Source: Cyanobacteria bacterium P01_A01_bin.123
Lineage (GTDB): Bacteria; Cyanobacteriota; Cyanobacteriia; Phormidesmidales; Phormidesmidaceae
Reading direction: 5' to 3'
DNA length: 64,000 nucleotides
Assembly (NCBI GenBank): GCA_039815185.1
Contig: JBCBZT010000026.1
Coordinates: 32,001-96,000, forward strand
Shown here: piece by piece, positions 48,889 to 60,139 of the stretch
Position numbering within the stretch: the stretch's first letter is position 1
Layout: every line of letters begins with the position of its first letter
Made by a program: the position numbers and the translations under genes
The notes under the pieces: model-generated
The model's database searches: none
Told to the model about the DNA's origin: nothing
What the model saw: only the letters and a program-made list of their open reading frames with translations

Positions 48889-50070
48889 ATGCGTCCGCTC
48901 CTGATGTTTGTTTTGGGGTTGGGGCTAGCGTTTGGGATGACGGTTTCGGTGACTGCTTCTGCCGTGCTCCAACCCGTGTCTTATCCGCCGTCCGATCAGC
49001 AAAATTTGGCAGTTCCCTTGGGTTATGATCCGCAAATTTTTGGGCATGATTCGTTCTCCGCTGATCGGCCTGCATTGGTTGAGGCAATTGATCATAGCTT
49101 GGGCTATCTCAACACACCAGTTGCCGGTCAGGCTTATCGTGACTATCCGGTGGCGAGCATTACCCGCGATCGCGTCCGACGCAGTTTGATTCGATTTCGT
49201 GAACTGTTACGCGAAACTGACGATGCGGAGGCATTGCGGGTAGCTGTCGCTGAGGATTTTGAGTTTTATCGCACCATCGGCAATGACGACCAGGGTACTG
49301 TTGCCTTTACGGGATATTTTGAACCCACCTATGGGGCGAGTCGCGTTCGCACGGACACCTATCGCTACCCGCTTTATCGCGTCCCGCCCACTTTAGATCG
49401 TTGGGCAAGTCCCCACCCGACTCGCATTGAATTAGAAGGTGCTGATGGATTGCAGGCTAACCAAGGGCCACTGCGGGGGCTAGAGCTCGTGTGGCTGCGC
49501 GATCGCTTAGAAGCTTTCTTAGTGCAGGTTCAGGGATCAGCGCGGTTACAGTTAACCGATGGCAGTGTCATGAGCGTGGGCTACGCAGGCCGTACTGACT
49601 ATGCTTACACCAGCATTGGCCGCCAACTGATCGACGACGGCAAAATCAGAGAAGAAGATTTGTCGTTACCTGTGCTGCTCGACTATTTTCGAGCGCATCC
49701 CGACGCATTGAATGTTTACTTGCCCCGCAACCAGCGATTTGTTTTTTTTCGAGCAACCAATGGTGCCCCGCCAACCGGATCTTTAGGGGTACCGGTCACC
49801 GCAGGTCGCTCCATCGCCACCGATAAAACAGTAATGCCCCCAGGGGCCCTGGCGCTAATTAGCCTCTCCATGCCAATGCAGGACTGTTCAGGCACGTGGG
49901 GCAGTGAATCCGTCAACCGCTACGTGCTCGATCAAGATACTGGCGGGGCAATTCGCGGCCCTGGCCGGGTAGATTTGTTTGTGGGCACGGGTATCGAGGC
50001 GGGCGAGCAGGCTGGATTAATCAACACCAACGGCACACTCTATTATCTGCTCCTGAAAGATGAAGGGTGA
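48889..50070 (+). CDS. mltA: Membrane-bound lytic murein transglycosylase A
   Basis: FTGYFEP, YPLY, VQGSA, RFVFF, SIATD, DQDTGGAIRGPGRVDLF. Confidence 0.92.
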   Translation: MRPLLMFVLGLGLAFGMTVSVTASAVLQPVSYPPSDQQNLAVPLGYDPQIFGHDSFSADRPALVEAIDHSLGYLNTPVAGQAYRDYPVASITRDRVRRSLIRFRELLRETDDAEALRVAVAEDFEFYRTIGNDDQGTVAFTGYFEPTYGASRVRTDTYRYPLYRVPPTLDRWASPHPTRIELEGADGLQANQGPLRGLELVWLRDRLEAFLVQVQGSARLQLTDGSVMSVGYAGRTDYAYTSIGRQLIDDGKIREEDLSLPVLLDYFRAHPDALNVYLPRNQRFVFFRATNGAPPTGSLGVPVTAGRSIATDKTVMPPGALALISLSMPMQDCSGTWGSESVNRYVLDQDTGGAIRGPGRVDLFVGTGIEAGEQAGLINTNGTLYYLLLKDEG

Positions 50071-50350
50071 TGTGGGATCACGGTGCGATCGCCCTTGCAA
50101 ACCCCGCACAGATTGCCACAGTGAAATGCTGGTAGACTAGGTAAAATAACTTAAAAGTCTCCTATTTATCATCATTGATCACCTTGACCTGCTAGGCGGA
50201 CGCGTTAACCTGGGGAAAGTCAGTAGTTAATCATTGTTAATATCAACTGGATACCTAGCGCAACGATTTTGAATCCTCTGCCATCGATTTCAGTTCAGAA
50301 CTCTGGGTTCCATGGGGAATCTGCGGTTGCTGCTATCCGCTGAGATGCCT

Positions 50351-52381
50351 ATGGATACTCCCTTTGAGATTACTCTGCAAATTGTATTAACTGTAGTATC
50401 GGGTATCAGCGCCCAGGTCATTGCAGAACGGCTCAAAGTACCCAGCATTATCTTTTTGTTGGCCTTCGGCATTTTGCTGGGGCGGGATGTTCTGGGCATC
50501 CTGCATCCAGAAGTTCTGGGAATTGGGCTTGAGGTGATTGTCGCCCTTTGCGTAGCCTTAATCTTGTTTGAAGGGGGCTTAAGCCTTGAGCTCAAGGAAC
50601 TGGGGCGAGTTTCAGGTAGCTTACGGAATCTGGTGACCTTCGGCATTTTCGTCACGCTCATTGGCGGGGGTATGGCTGCCCATTGGCTGGGGGAATTCCC
50701 TTGGCCCATTGCTTTTCTCTATGCGTCGTTGGTGGTCGTCACCGGCCCCACGGTGATTAACCCACTGTTACGCCAGGTCAAGGTCGATCGCAAGGTTTCG
50801 ACTCTGCTAGAGGGAGAAGGGGTGCTGATTGACCCCGTGGGCGCAATTTTGGCCGTGGTGGTACTCGATGTAATTCTCAACGGTGATGCCGATCCGCTAG
50901 CGGTGATAGGGGGGCTAGTTGTGCGTTTGGGCACCGGCGTCCTGATTGGCGGCGTTGGCGGCGCCTTGTTGGGCTTCTTCCTAAAACGAGCCGACTTTTT
51001 GACTGAAGAACTGCGTAACTTAGTCGTGCTGGCAGGCCTTTGGGGATTGTTTGGGCTGGCCCAAACAATCCAAGATGAGTCGGGGTTGATGACGGCAGTA
51101 GTCGCAGGTATTGTAGTGCGATCGCTCTCAGTTCCTGATGAACGGCTTTTGCGACGGTTCAAGGGGCAGTTGACCATTCTGGCCGTGTCGGTGCTGTTTG
51201 TGCTGTTGGCAGCTGACTTGTCCATTGCCAGTGTGTTTGCCTTGGGGCAAGGTGCACTACTGACGGTATTGGTGCTGATGTTTGTGGTGCGCCCGTTCAA
51301 CATTGCCCTGTGCACCTGGAACAGTGACTTAAATTGGCGACAAAAAATCTTCCTCAGCTGGGTCGCGCCGCGCGGTATTGTATCAGCCTCTGTGGCCTCT
51401 TTGTTTGCGATTTTGTTGACCGAACGGGGCATCAACGGGGGCGACGCCATTAAGGCCCTGGTGTTTCTCACGATTTTGCTGACAGTGGCCTCCCAAGGCT
51501 TAACGGCGGGCCGCATGGCTAAACTCTTGGGTATTACTTCCAACCAAGCCACCGGTGTGGTGATTGTCGGGTGCAGTCCGCTAAGTTTGCTAATTGCCCG
51601 TTTGTTTCGCGATCGCGGTGAATCAGTCGTGCTCATCGACACTAACGCCGACGCCTGCGAAGATGCCATCCAAGCCGATTTTCGCGTATTTGTCAGCAGT
51701 GCTCTCGAAGCCGACGTTTTGGAAGAGGCAGGTCTAGACTCGACAGGCACTTTTTTGGCAATCACCAATAATGGCGAGGTCAACGCTGTTGTCGCCCAGC
51801 GAGCGATGGAAGAATTTCAACCCCCCCGAGTGTTAGCGGTGTTTCCCAAGGGTAAAGCCGTTGAGAAGGGCCAAGACGAAACTGCCAGCACTGCCGCCTC
51901 TAAAACCACCAAAATAAAACGGGCTTTAGTGCCCCAACTCCCTCTTAAAACCTGGAATACCCATCTCACCGATCGCGAAGTGAAACTCGGGGAAACCCGA
52001 CTGCGCCGAGAAGGTTTTTTGTTTCAGCAAGCCCATCTTAGGGCACTCATTCGCAGTAACGAGTTAGTGCCGCTGTTGCTGATTCGCGAAGAACGGCTGC
52101 AAATTGTGGCCGCCAGTGACGATTGGCAAGCCGGCGATCGCATTATTTACCTGCTCCATGACCCCAAACCCAAACTGCTGAAGCGGCTTTCCGGTTCGAG
52201 CAACGCCGAGCTGACCATCGAAAAACTACCTGCGGTGGAAGAGGTTCCCATGCCTATCCCGACCCAAACACCGCCACCGCCGCCACCACCCGATACGCCA
52301 GCAGGCCCAACTCAACCCAGTCCAAACGGCAAAGGCCCCAACATACCGAAAGTCGACTCACCCAAAGCCAACCCTGCCTGA
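50351..52381 (+). CDS. Cation:proton antiporter (CPA1/NhaP-like) with TrkA-N domain
   Basis: ILFEGGLSL, VTGPTV, EGVLIDP, PRGIV, C-terminal NAD-binding-like domain and Pro-rich tail. Confidence 0.9.
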   Translation: MDTPFEITLQIVLTVVSGISAQVIAERLKVPSIIFLLAFGILLGRDVLGILHPEVLGIGLEVIVALCVALILFEGGLSLELKELGRVSGSLRNLVTFGIFVTLIGGGMAAHWLGEFPWPIAFLYASLVVVTGPTVINPLLRQVKVDRKVSTLLEGEGVLIDPVGAILAVVVLDVILNGDADPLAVIGGLVVRLGTGVLIGGVGGALLGFFLKRADFLTEELRNLVVLAGLWGLFGLAQTIQDESGLMTAVVAGIVVRSLSVPDERLLRRFKGQLTILAVSVLFVLLAADLSIASVFALGQGALLTVLVLMFVVRPFNIALCTWNSDLNWRQKIFLSWVAPRGIVSASVASLFAILLTERGINGGDAIKALVFLTILLTVASQGLTAGRMAKLLGITSNQATGVVIVGCSPLSLLIARLFRDRGESVVLIDTNADACEDAIQADFRVFVSSALEADVLEEAGLDSTGTFLAITNNGEVNAVVAQRAMEEFQPPRVLAVFPKGKAVEKGQDETASTAASKTTKIKRALVPQLPLKTWNTHLTDREVKLGETRLRREGFLFQQAHLRALIRSNELVPLLLIREERLQIVAASDDWQAGDRIIYLLHDPKPKLLKRLSGSSNAELTIEKLPAVEEVPMPIPTQTPPPPPPPDTPAGPTQPSPNGKGPNIPKVDSPKANPA

Positions 52382-52429
52382 GAAGCATCAGGGGCAAAGG
52401 GCGAGAGCGTCAGGGGCAAAATCTCGGTT

Positions 52430-53200
52430 TCACGGAGACATCTGGGCAAAGTTCATGCGGCTGAGGAATGCCCGCAAGCGATCGCTATTCGGATGAATCA
52501 ACACTTCACGGGGATCGCCTTCTTCTTCAACCTGTCCCTTATTTAGAAACATCACTCGGTTTGCAACATCCCTGGCAAACTGCATTTCGTGGGTCACCAC
52601 CACCATGGTCATGCCCTCCTCTGCGAGTTGCTGCATCACCATGAGCACTTCACCCACCAGTTCTGGATCTAAGGCACTCGTGGGTTCATCAAACAAGATT
52701 ACATCGGGCTTCATACAAAGCGCACGGGCGATCGCCACCCGTTGTTTTTGTCCCCCAGATAGCTGATCGGGATAGGCATAAGCTTTTTCTGAGAGCCCCA
52801 CTTTGTTAAGGAAAAAGAGGGCGCTTTCCCGGCTCTCTTTTTTGGAGCATTTCAACACTTTTTGCGGTGCCAAGCAAAGGTTTTCAACCACCGTCATGTG
52901 GGGAAACAAATTGAACTGCTGAAATACCATCCCCACTTTGGCCCGCAGCTGTAACAAATTCCGACGGCTTAGATCGGGCTTCGATAAATCCAGCCCATTG
53001 ACAATCAGCTGTCCACCGTTGATCACCTCCAGCCGATTGAAACAGCGTAGCAGCGTGCTCTTGCCGCACCCAGAGGAACCAATAATAGAAACCACTTCCC
53101 CCCGGTTAATTTGACCGCTGATGCCCCGCAATACCTGAAGTGTGCCAAAGTTCTTCTGAAGATTGCGAAATAAGATGGCGGGCATATCGGTCTGCATCAT
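52430..53200 (-). CDS. Polar amino acid ABC transporter ATP-binding protein (BgtA/GlnQ-like)
   Basis: [40 protein letters not shown]. Confidence 0.93.
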   Translation of the reverse strand: MMQTDMPAILFRNLQKNFGTLQVLRGISGQINRGEVVSIIGSSGCGKSTLLRCFNRLEVINGGQLIVNGLDLSKPDLSRRNLLQLRAKVGMVFQQFNLFPHMTVVENLCLAPQKVLKCSKKESRESALFFLNKVGLSEKAYAYPDQLSGGQKQRVAIARALCMKPDVILFDEPTSALDPELVGEVLMVMQQLAEEGMTMVVVTHEMQFARDVANRVMFLNKGQVEEEGDPREVLIHPNSDRLRAFLSRMNFAQMSP

Positions 53201-53456
53201 TACCTGCTTGAAAATGCTGAATTGTGGACGTCAGCATATCATCTCGCCTAAGGCTTAGCAGTATCCGCTTTAGCTTTCCTCATGGATTGGGGTTGGGGGT
53301 TGTTGTGCTTCATACAGTCTCTCAACAAAGATTTTGTATACTGGAATGCTTAGACCCAATATCAAATTGGCGTTATGGCATCGAATTCTGCCATAACGTC
53401 CCAAGCGAGAGGTATCTGGGCCTTGTGTGGTGAACTTTAGAACACTTGAACCCCCC

Positions 53457-54311
53457 ATGGTAATTACTCGGTCTCAATTCATTCGTAACTTAGCCCTTGG
53501 CCTCAGCGCGTCTTTAATGTTAGCCGCCTGTGGTGGGGCAACCAGTGATACTGCCAGCGAACCTACCGATGGTGCTGACGCCCCAGAGGCCACGGAAGCC
53601 CCAGAAGAAGCGACCGGGGGTGTCCTGACAGTTGCAACCGAACCAGCCTTTCCCCCCTTTGAATCTCAGGGAGACGATGGCGAACTTGAGGGATTTGATA
53701 TTGACTTGATGAACGCCATTGGCGAAGCGTCAGGGTTAGAAATTCAGTACGAAAGCTTGCCTTTTGACGGCATTATTCCGGCCCTCCAGGCCGGCACAGT
53801 TGATGCCGCCATTAGCGCCATGACCATCACTGAAGAACGGTCTGAAACCGTAGACTTTTCTCGCCCTTATTTTAAGGCGGGCTTAGCGATCGCAGTGGCT
53901 GAAGACAATACCGATATCGCCACCTTAGATGACCTTGAAGGCATGCAGATCGCCGTACAGATCGGCACTACCGGGCAAGGCCAAGCTGAGGAAATTCCGG
54001 GTGCTGAAGTCAGCACCTTTGACTCTGCCCCCTTGGCACTGCAAGAACTGGCCAATGGCAATGTTGACGCCGTGATCAACGATGCCCCGGTTACCCTAGA
54101 CGCGATCGCCTCTGGCAATATCAGCGGTCTAAAAGTCGTCGGTGAACTAGTCACCGAGGAGTTCTATGGCATTGCTTTGCCCCAAGGTTCTCCCAACGTT
54201 GCCATCGTCAACGATGCCCTCAGTACGATGCTTGAAGACGGCACCTATGCTGAAATTTATCAAAAATGGTTTGGTGCTGAACCCCCTGAACTACCTGAAT
54301 CAGCATTTTGA
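53457..54311 (+). CDS. Basic/polar amino acid ABC substrate-binding lipoprotein (family 3)
   Basis: LAAC lipobox, EPAFPPFE, GFDIDL, MTITEER, QIGTTG, IYQKWFG. Confidence 0.92.
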   Translation: MVITRSQFIRNLALGLSASLMLAACGGATSDTASEPTDGADAPEATEAPEEATGGVLTVATEPAFPPFESQGDDGELEGFDIDLMNAIGEASGLEIQYESLPFDGIIPALQAGTVDAAISAMTITEERSETVDFSRPYFKAGLAIAVAEDNTDIATLDDLEGMQIAVQIGTTGQGQAEEIPGAEVSTFDSAPLALQELANGNVDAVINDAPVTLDAIASGNISGLKVVGELVTEEFYGIALPQGSPNVAIVNDALSTMLEDGTYAEIYQKWFGAEPPELPESAF

Positions 54312-54412
54312 TGAAGTATGCTTTGGGCGATTTGCGGCTACGAGCTAGTCACCCATCCCTCAGCCTTGCTCAAAACAAAAGCTCCCTCTTAGCCCAAACA
54401 CAGGTTTAGATC

Positions 54413-54462
54413 AAAAAAGCGTTGCAGTGGTCACCATTTCGGTTCACTGCAACGCTTTTTTT
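54413..54462. terminator. Intrinsic terminator
   Basis: AAAAAAGCGTTGCAGTG..CACTGCAACGCTTTTTT. Confidence 0.8.
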
Positions 54463-54470
54463 AAGCTTTG

Positions 54471-54500
54471 CAAAACCTTTATATAACCTTTATATAACCA
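54471..54500 (+). promoter_or_regulatory. Pho box (SphR/PhoB site): three 8-mers at an 11-bp period
   Basis: CAAAACCT-tta-TATAACCT-tta-TATAACCA upstream of pstS; resembles the cyanobacterial PyTTAAPyPy(T/A) repeats. Confidence 0.7.
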
Positions 54501-54582
54501 AAACTCCCCTAAGTCCTTAATCTTCAACGGCTACTTTGTCTAGTGGCCTGTTTATTTACCGTATTATCACGGAGTGTGTTGT

Positions 54583-55503
54583 ATGTTCAGTCGCCGTACT
54601 TTTGTTGGCACAACCTTGGCTGTTGCCGCAACTGCTGGTTTAGCGGTTCCCGCGATTTCTCAAAGCGGTACCGAAATCAAAATCGACGGTTCCAGCACCG
54701 TTTTCCCCATCACTGAAGCCATGGCCGAAGCTTACGGTGGAAACGTTACCGTGGGTGTATCTGGAACGGGCGGCGGTTTTCGCAAGTTCTGCGCTGGAGA
54801 AACTGATATCTCCAATGCGTCCCGTGAAATTAAAGAAGAAGAAATAGCAGAATGTGAGGCTAATGGCATTGATTACGTCAAGTTCGACGTTGCCTTTGAC
54901 GCAATTACCGTGGTTGTCCCCAACGATAGCCCCTTGGTTCAAGCAGACGGCAGCGTACTCCCTCTGACAGTTGAACAGCTCAACGTGCTTTGGCGTCCTG
55001 AGAGCCCAGCTAACACTTGGAGCGAATTGGATTCTAGCTGGCCCAACGAAGAAATCTCTTTGTATGGCCCTGGTACAGACTCCGGTACTTTTGACTACTT
55101 TACCGATGAAATCAACGGTGAAGAGGGCGCTAGCCGCAATGATTACGTTGCCAGTGAAGATGACAACGTCTTGGTGCTGGGTGTCTCTGGTGAAACCAAC
55201 GCCCTAGGCTACTTTGGTCTGGCTTATTACGCAGAAAATGCTAGCGTACTCAAGGCTGTGCCCATTGATGCCGGTGAGGGCCCTGTTTTGCCCACGGCAG
55301 AGAACGTGAACAACGGCACTTACACGCCCTTGTCTCGCCCCATCTTCATCTACGTCAATGCAGCTCGCTTAGAACCCGGTTCTGATGTTCACTCTTTCGT
55401 TGAGTTCTACCTCACCGAAGCTCGCGATAGCAGCATCATCCCTGAGGTGGGCTACGTTCAGCTCCCTGAAACGCAATACACTGCGTACCTCGACAGCCTC
55501 TAA
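54583..55503 (+). CDS. pstS: Phosphate ABC transporter substrate-binding protein
   Basis: [38 protein letters not shown]. Confidence 0.92.
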   Translation: MFSRRTFVGTTLAVAATAGLAVPAISQSGTEIKIDGSSTVFPITEAMAEAYGGNVTVGVSGTGGGFRKFCAGETDISNASREIKEEEIAECEANGIDYVKFDVAFDAITVVVPNDSPLVQADGSVLPLTVEQLNVLWRPESPANTWSELDSSWPNEEISLYGPGTDSGTFDYFTDEINGEEGASRNDYVASEDDNVLVLGVSGETNALGYFGLAYYAENASVLKAVPIDAGEGPVLPTAENVNNGTYTPLSRPIFIYVNAARLEPGSDVHSFVEFYLTEARDSSIIPEVGYVQLPETQYTAYLDSL

Positions 55504-55664
55504 GTCACCGGAGCTTGGGGCTTTTCTGTAGCAAACGCTCACAGATTTTTCACCTAATAGCAACGGTTAGTTCATTGAGCTGATGACGTTCTCTCACTCT
55601 GGGGAAAGCAGTACTGCTTTCCTCAGAGTCACTTGCATATTCATTCTTTTGCCTTACGGTTTCC

Positions 55665-56477
55665 ATGGCGCGTCATGCCGCTGCTTCCAGCCGTTTATCT
55701 TTTCTCTGGCGAATTCTCCGCCACCCTTTGGTGTGGATTTCAATCGGAGCACATGGCTTGTTTTTGATTGCTCCCATGCCTGAAATACCGACCACCTCAC
55801 TTGAAGAGGAAGCTGTAGAAGAAGAACCGGAAGAGGAAGTACCTATCGACATTTTGAGCTTTTCTCCCCAACTTGCTGAACCCCAAGTTCAACAAGCCCC
55901 AATCGAACCCCAATCTGCCCCTAGACCCTCGTCTCAGCCGCCTGCACCCACTGAAGAGAATTTGGAACGTCAGCAGGACTTGGATGCAGAAGCACTTGAC
56001 GATGAAACGTCCGTTGATGACGATGCGGGAGATGATCAACCTGATGGTCAGGATAATCCAGGACTTCCGTTTAGTTTTAGCGGAAACTGTGATCAGGTTA
56101 GCGGAAACTTTGACATTACTCGACCTCCATTTTGGCCTGATTTAGTTTCAGGCGAATTGGCCAGTCTTACCAACGACCAATTAACGCTGTTTTTTACCCA
56201 AGAGAGTGTAAGTAATGGTACTTATCAGGAGGTAGACGGGATTGATTGTCTCAAACTAATTAGCCGAGACGAAGCAACTTTCGTTAACACGACTTTGCAA
56301 GACAACGCTACGCAAGCAAACCTGATCGTCGGAACACCAGAAACCTATGGTGGACAAACGCTACACAGGCTCTTGCAGGCAGATGGAGTTACACCTGCTT
56401 CATTTGTTACGACCATTCCCCTACCCCCTGCAAAAGTTCTTGTTTTAACCTGGAATATAGATCCTAGGATGCGTTGA
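55665..56477 (+). CDS. Membrane-anchored acidic/Pro-rich hypothetical protein (TonB-like N-terminal anchor)
   Basis: SIGAHGLFL (SxxxH) TM segment followed by a Glu/Pro/Asp-rich spacer. Confidence 0.65.
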   Translation: MARHAAASSRLSFLWRILRHPLVWISIGAHGLFLIAPMPEIPTTSLEEEAVEEEPEEEVPIDILSFSPQLAEPQVQQAPIEPQSAPRPSSQPPAPTEENLERQQDLDAEALDDETSVDDDAGDDQPDGQDNPGLPFSFSGNCDQVSGNFDITRPPFWPDLVSGELASLTNDQLTLFFTQESVSNGTYQEVDGIDCLKLISRDEATFVNTTLQDNATQANLIVGTPETYGGQTLHRLLQADGVTPASFVTTIPLPPAKVLVLTWNIDPRMR

Positions 56478-56478
56478 G

Positions 56479-57546
56479 ATGAAGCAAGATCCCCAGAATT
56501 CTGTTGTCGGTTCCTTGATCAAGTGGCTCCACCCAATGTTTTTGGTAGCCGCTGGCTTGCACGGCTTTTTACTATTTGTGCCGCTGTCTTCAGAAGAAAC
56601 CATCACGGTACCAGAAGAAGAGGCCACGGAGGCAATTACAGTCAGTCGCATCCCCAACCCTCCAGCATCAAATACGCCCGAAAGAAGTGAGTCAGGACAA
56701 TCTGCTTCATCACAGTCATCCGCTTCAGGTGCGCAAAGTAATAGCGGTGGAGCTGCGGCTAGTAGTGGGGCGAGTGCTTCGCGGCCTGGTAACGGCCGAT
56801 CTAGCGAGGTAGAGGGAGGTTCTGGTGGTAGCAACCCCAATCGGGATGTAGAAAACGAAGTTGCGGATTTATCGAACGACAACGGTTCTAACAATAGCGA
56901 TACAAACGACATAAGCGATACCGTAGCAGTTCGGGGGAACAACAATGCTGATGAGGATAATCGTGTTGATCCGCTGCTAGCTTATGCCAGGGAAATCAGC
57001 GATCGCGATCAGCGTCAGGTCTCTGATGCTCTATATGCCTATGTAAGAGCGCTCAGCTTAGCCTATGTCTATATCCCCGTTGACAATACACCAGCCGTCA
57101 TTGAAAAAGATATTGAGGATTGGATCAATATCATCCGAATTCAGGCCAATCAGCCCAATCTGTCACCAGAGCGAATTGAAGATCCACTCACTATTGATTA
57201 CCCTTTAATCACTTGCCTCACTCCCCCCCCGGAATCAGCAACCCTGGGCGTGCTGGTAGACGCTAATGGCGAAGTCATCCCAGTAGAAACGAGTGACGAA
57301 GAGATGACGATAACAACGGCGATCGCACCCCTGACCGGGGAATTGAGCCCCAATACTGTGGCAAAGGTGATTAAAGGCACAGGCTATCGGGGTTTAGACC
57401 ACAGAGCCCTCGAAGTAGTCAGTGAACAAGAATTTGAGGATGGCAATGAGGTTAAAGCCTACCTCTATGAAGTGCAGGTTAACTATGACGCTAATAACTG
57501 CATTGCAGTACCCAACCCATCTGGGCCAACAAATGCAGCTAATTAG
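56479..57546 (+). CDS. TonB-like protein (N-terminal TM with His, low-complexity spacer, TonB C-terminal-like domain)
   Basis: AAGLHGFLL anchor; DYP..C, GVLVDANG, IKGTGYRGLDHRAL, AYLYEV. Confidence 0.65.
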   Translation: MKQDPQNSVVGSLIKWLHPMFLVAAGLHGFLLFVPLSSEETITVPEEEATEAITVSRIPNPPASNTPERSESGQSASSQSSASGAQSNSGGAAASSGASASRPGNGRSSEVEGGSGGSNPNRDVENEVADLSNDNGSNNSDTNDISDTVAVRGNNNADEDNRVDPLLAYAREISDRDQRQVSDALYAYVRALSLAYVYIPVDNTPAVIEKDIEDWINIIRIQANQPNLSPERIEDPLTIDYPLITCLTPPPESATLGVLVDANGEVIPVETSDEEMTITTAIAPLTGELSPNTVAKVIKGTGYRGLDHRALEVVSEQEFEDGNEVKAYLYEVQVNYDANNCIAVPNPSGPTNAAN

Positions 57547-57591
57547 AAATTAGAGCTGGATCAAGGTTTTTACAACCCGCCCAATCAGTCG

Positions 57592-58413
57592 CTAAACCAA
57601 AGCACGATCAGTGAGGATGTCGTGTCCTGCCTCAGTGACTAGCACTGTATGTTCATACTGAGCTGATAGGGCGCGATCGACGGTGACTACCGTCCAGCGA
57701 TCGCTGAGAGTACGAGTATGCCTTGACCCAGCATTGAGAATGGGTTCAACAGCTAAGGTCATCCCTGGATGGAGGGTCAAATTCGGCAGGCTGCGGGTGC
57801 GAAAGTTAAACACCGAGGGCGGCTCATGCAAATTTCGCCCGACTCCGTGGCCGGTGTAATCTTCCACTACGCTAAAGCCGCTGGCCTTAACTGCATCTTC
57901 GATGGCCCCAGCAATGTCTAGTAGAGTGTTACCCGGTTTGACTTGGGCAATACCCGCGTAGAGGGCAGCCTCGGCCGCTTCCATCAACTGTTTGGCTTTG
58001 GTGCTGACCTGGCCCACAGCAATGGTGATGCACGAATCGCCATGAAATCCTTCGTAGTAGGCACCCGTATCGACTTTCAGCACATCCCCAGATCGAATCA
58101 CCTTGCGTTTACGGGGAATGCCGTGCACCACTTCGTCATTGACGCAGGCACAAATAGAGCTGGGGAAACCGTGATAGCCCTTGAAACTCGGGGTTGCTCC
58201 CATTTCACGAATGCGCTGCTCGGCGTAAGCATCCAAATCTGCCGTGGTCATGCCAGGTTCCACCCGTTCTGAGACTTCTTTGAGCACCGTCGCAACGATC
58301 CGCGCGGACTGACGCATGATGGCGATTTCAGCCTCAGATTTAAGTTCCACTCCCCGAATACGCTTACGAGGGCGGGGGGTAGCTTTTGAAATTAACTGGG
58401 TCAGGAGATTCAT
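57592..58413 (-). CDS. map: Methionine aminopeptidase type I
   Basis: [34 protein letters not shown]. Confidence 0.96.
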   Translation of the reverse strand: MNLLTQLISKATPRPRKRIRGVELKSEAEIAIMRQSARIVATVLKEVSERVEPGMTTADLDAYAEQRIREMGATPSFKGYHGFPSSICACVNDEVVHGIPRKRKVIRSGDVLKVDTGAYYEGFHGDSCITIAVGQVSTKAKQLMEAAEAALYAGIAQVKPGNTLLDIAGAIEDAVKASGFSVVEDYTGHGVGRNLHEPPSVFNFRTRSLPNLTLHPGMTLAVEPILNAGSRHTRTLSDRWTVVTVDRALSAQYEHTVLVTEAGHDILTDRALV

Positions 58414-58458
58414 TGAATGCTGGCTAGATTTGAGCGTTTTTAAGAGGGGAGTATTTTT

Positions 58459-58989
58459 TTAAGGTGCTGACACCGTCAATGTTCCGGTCATCCCTGCTTC
58501 GCGGTGGCCGGCAATTGAACAATACAGCGTGTAAGTCCCGGTTTTTAGCGGGATGAAGACCCACTCTGCCTCGCCGCCTGGCTTCAGCTCTACTTCGTGA
58601 ATGGCACCTTTTACTTCTACTGCCCCGGCTTCTACTTTTTGTGTCCAGATAGCATCGGCAAAATCTTTTGCCGTGAAATAATGCTTTTGCGGACTGGGAT
58701 TATCAAGCACTAGCTTATAGCGTTTTCCGGCTTCAAAGCTCAGTTCAGCGGGTTCAAACGTTAACTCACCCGCTGAGGATCCGAGATGAATTGACACCTC
58801 ATCAGGTGATTGCTTTAGAGGCGCGATCGCTTGAGTCATCGCGAACTGAGTATTGGTAGCCAATTCTGTTGATGCCAAGGCTAAATTTGTCGGCAGGGCC
58901 ATTAACCCAATGACAACCCCAACAAGCATCAATCCAAAAATTCTGCCCAATCGCGATCGCACCTCAGATTCCACCACCCTAGTCATCAT
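58459..58989 (-). CDS. Cupredoxin/plastocyanin-like copper-binding protein
   Basis: NPSPQKHYF, YCSIAGHREAGM (C-H-M ligands). The start codon is uncertain. Confidence 0.85.
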   Translation of the reverse strand: MMTRVVESEVRSRLGRIFGLMLVGVVIGLMALPTNLALASTELATNTQFAMTQAIAPLKQSPDEVSIHLGSSAGELTFEPAELSFEAGKRYKLVLDNPSPQKHYFTAKDFADAIWTQKVEAGAVEVKGAIHEVELKPGGEAEWVFIPLKTGTYTLYCSIAGHREAGMTGTLTVSAP

Positions 58990-59247
58990 CTCGCTATCAA
59001 TCTTTCGTCTTGAAATCTCTTGTCTTGTCTCATTTGTCTCATTATGCTTACCCCAAGAGCAGGCTGGAGTACACCCGTCAATCGAACCAAAGTCGAGGCT
59101 CAAGGGAAGCAACGCACTTTGCACTTCTTAATTACTTTAGGGTAAATCAATCGCCGATAGTAATTCTCAAAAAAACTTCGCGATTCACTCTGGCGCTTTT
59201 TTGCAATCATGTCGTATTATTATAGACCGTGTGCTTTTTAAGGCCTT

Positions 59248-59610
59248 ATGAACGCTGAGCAAATCATCCGCTCTATTGAAGCGGAACAACTTAAAGCGGA
59301 TATTCCCACAATTTACGTCGGCGATACTGTCCGCGTCGGCGTCCGCATTCAAGAGGGGGGGAAAGAACGGGTTCAACCTTTCGAGGGAACCGTCATTGCC
59401 AAGCGTCACGGCGGCATCAACGAAACCATCACCGTCCGTCGTATTTTTCAAGGCGTTGGGGTTGAGCGGGTGTTTTTGCTTCACGCGCCTCGTGTAGCCA
59501 GCATTAAAGTGCTGCGTCGCGGTAAGGCTCGTCGGGCTAAGCTTTACTATCTACGCGATCGCGTCGGTAAAGCAACCCGCCTAAAGCAGCGGTTTGACCG
59601 TCCCCTTTAA
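59248..59610 (+). CDS. rplS: 50S ribosomal protein L19
   Basis: [32 protein letters not shown]. Confidence 0.98.
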   Translation: MNAEQIIRSIEAEQLKADIPTIYVGDTVRVGVRIQEGGKERVQPFEGTVIAKRHGGINETITVRRIFQGVGVERVFLLHAPRVASIKVLRRGKARRAKLYYLRDRVGKATRLKQRFDRPL

Positions 59611-59706
59611 GCCGATTACATCTGGGGAAAGTTCAATTCTGAGCTTCCCTGAACTGCGTCGGCTATCTGCTCTACAATAGAGCATAGGCAAAGCCCTAGA
59701 CACCTT

Positions 59707-59779
59707 GCGCTCTTAGTTCAGTTGGTAGAACGCAGGTCTCCAAAACCTGATGTCCGGGGTTCGAGTCCTCGAGGGCGCG
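59707..59779 (+). tRNA. trnW: tRNA-Trp(CCA)
   Basis: Acceptor stem GCGCTCT/AGGGCGC, anticodon arm CAGGT-CTCCAAA-ACCTG, GGTTCGAGTCC T arm; canonical position before secE. Confidence 0.97.
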
Positions 59780-59893
59780 CTTGGGGCATGGGTAAAAGCC
59801 TACTTAAAGCTCTACGGAATCAGCAATGATTGCCTTAAAGGGCTTTGAGTAGGCTTAGAGTTTTTAACGCCTGCTAAACAGAGGTAACCTAAC

Positions 59894-60139
59894 GTGGTTA
59901 ACAAAGACACCAAATCAGAACCCCAAAAAGGAGCTGTCGGCTCAGCTCCAACCGAAGGTGGGTTTCAGCTCAGTAGCTTCTTAGTGGGAACCAAAGATGA
60001 ACTAAGCAAAGTTGTTTGGCCCAGTCGTCAACAGCTGATTAGTGAATCTATTGCGGTCATTTTGATGGTGACTTTGTCGGCCAGTTTGATTTACTTGATC
60101 GATAACTTTTTTAGCTTTGTGTCTAGGCAGGTATTTTAG
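59894..60139 (+). CDS. secE: Preprotein translocase subunit SecE
   Basis: ELSKVVWPSRQQL plus a TM segment; synteny. Confidence 0.95.
   Translation: MVNKDTKSEPQKGAVGSAPTEGGFQLSSFLVGTKDELSKVVWPSRQQLISESIAVILMVTLSASLIYLIDNFFSFVSRQVF

Noticed and set aside
50719..51783. 354-aa minus-strand ORF
   Set aside because: Antisense shadow of the antiporter; the S/T/P-rich composition is typical of the reverse frame of a hydrophobic gene.
52430..54311. Amino acid ABC pair lacking a permease as a novel system
   Set aside because: Dispersed ABC subunits sharing an ATPase are common in cyanobacteria; the permease is probably encoded elsewhere.
59781..59890. Integration site or island after tRNA-Trp
   Set aside because: Only a hairpin (about 59797-59857) separates the tRNA from secE; the gene order is canonical and no tRNA 3' duplication was seen.
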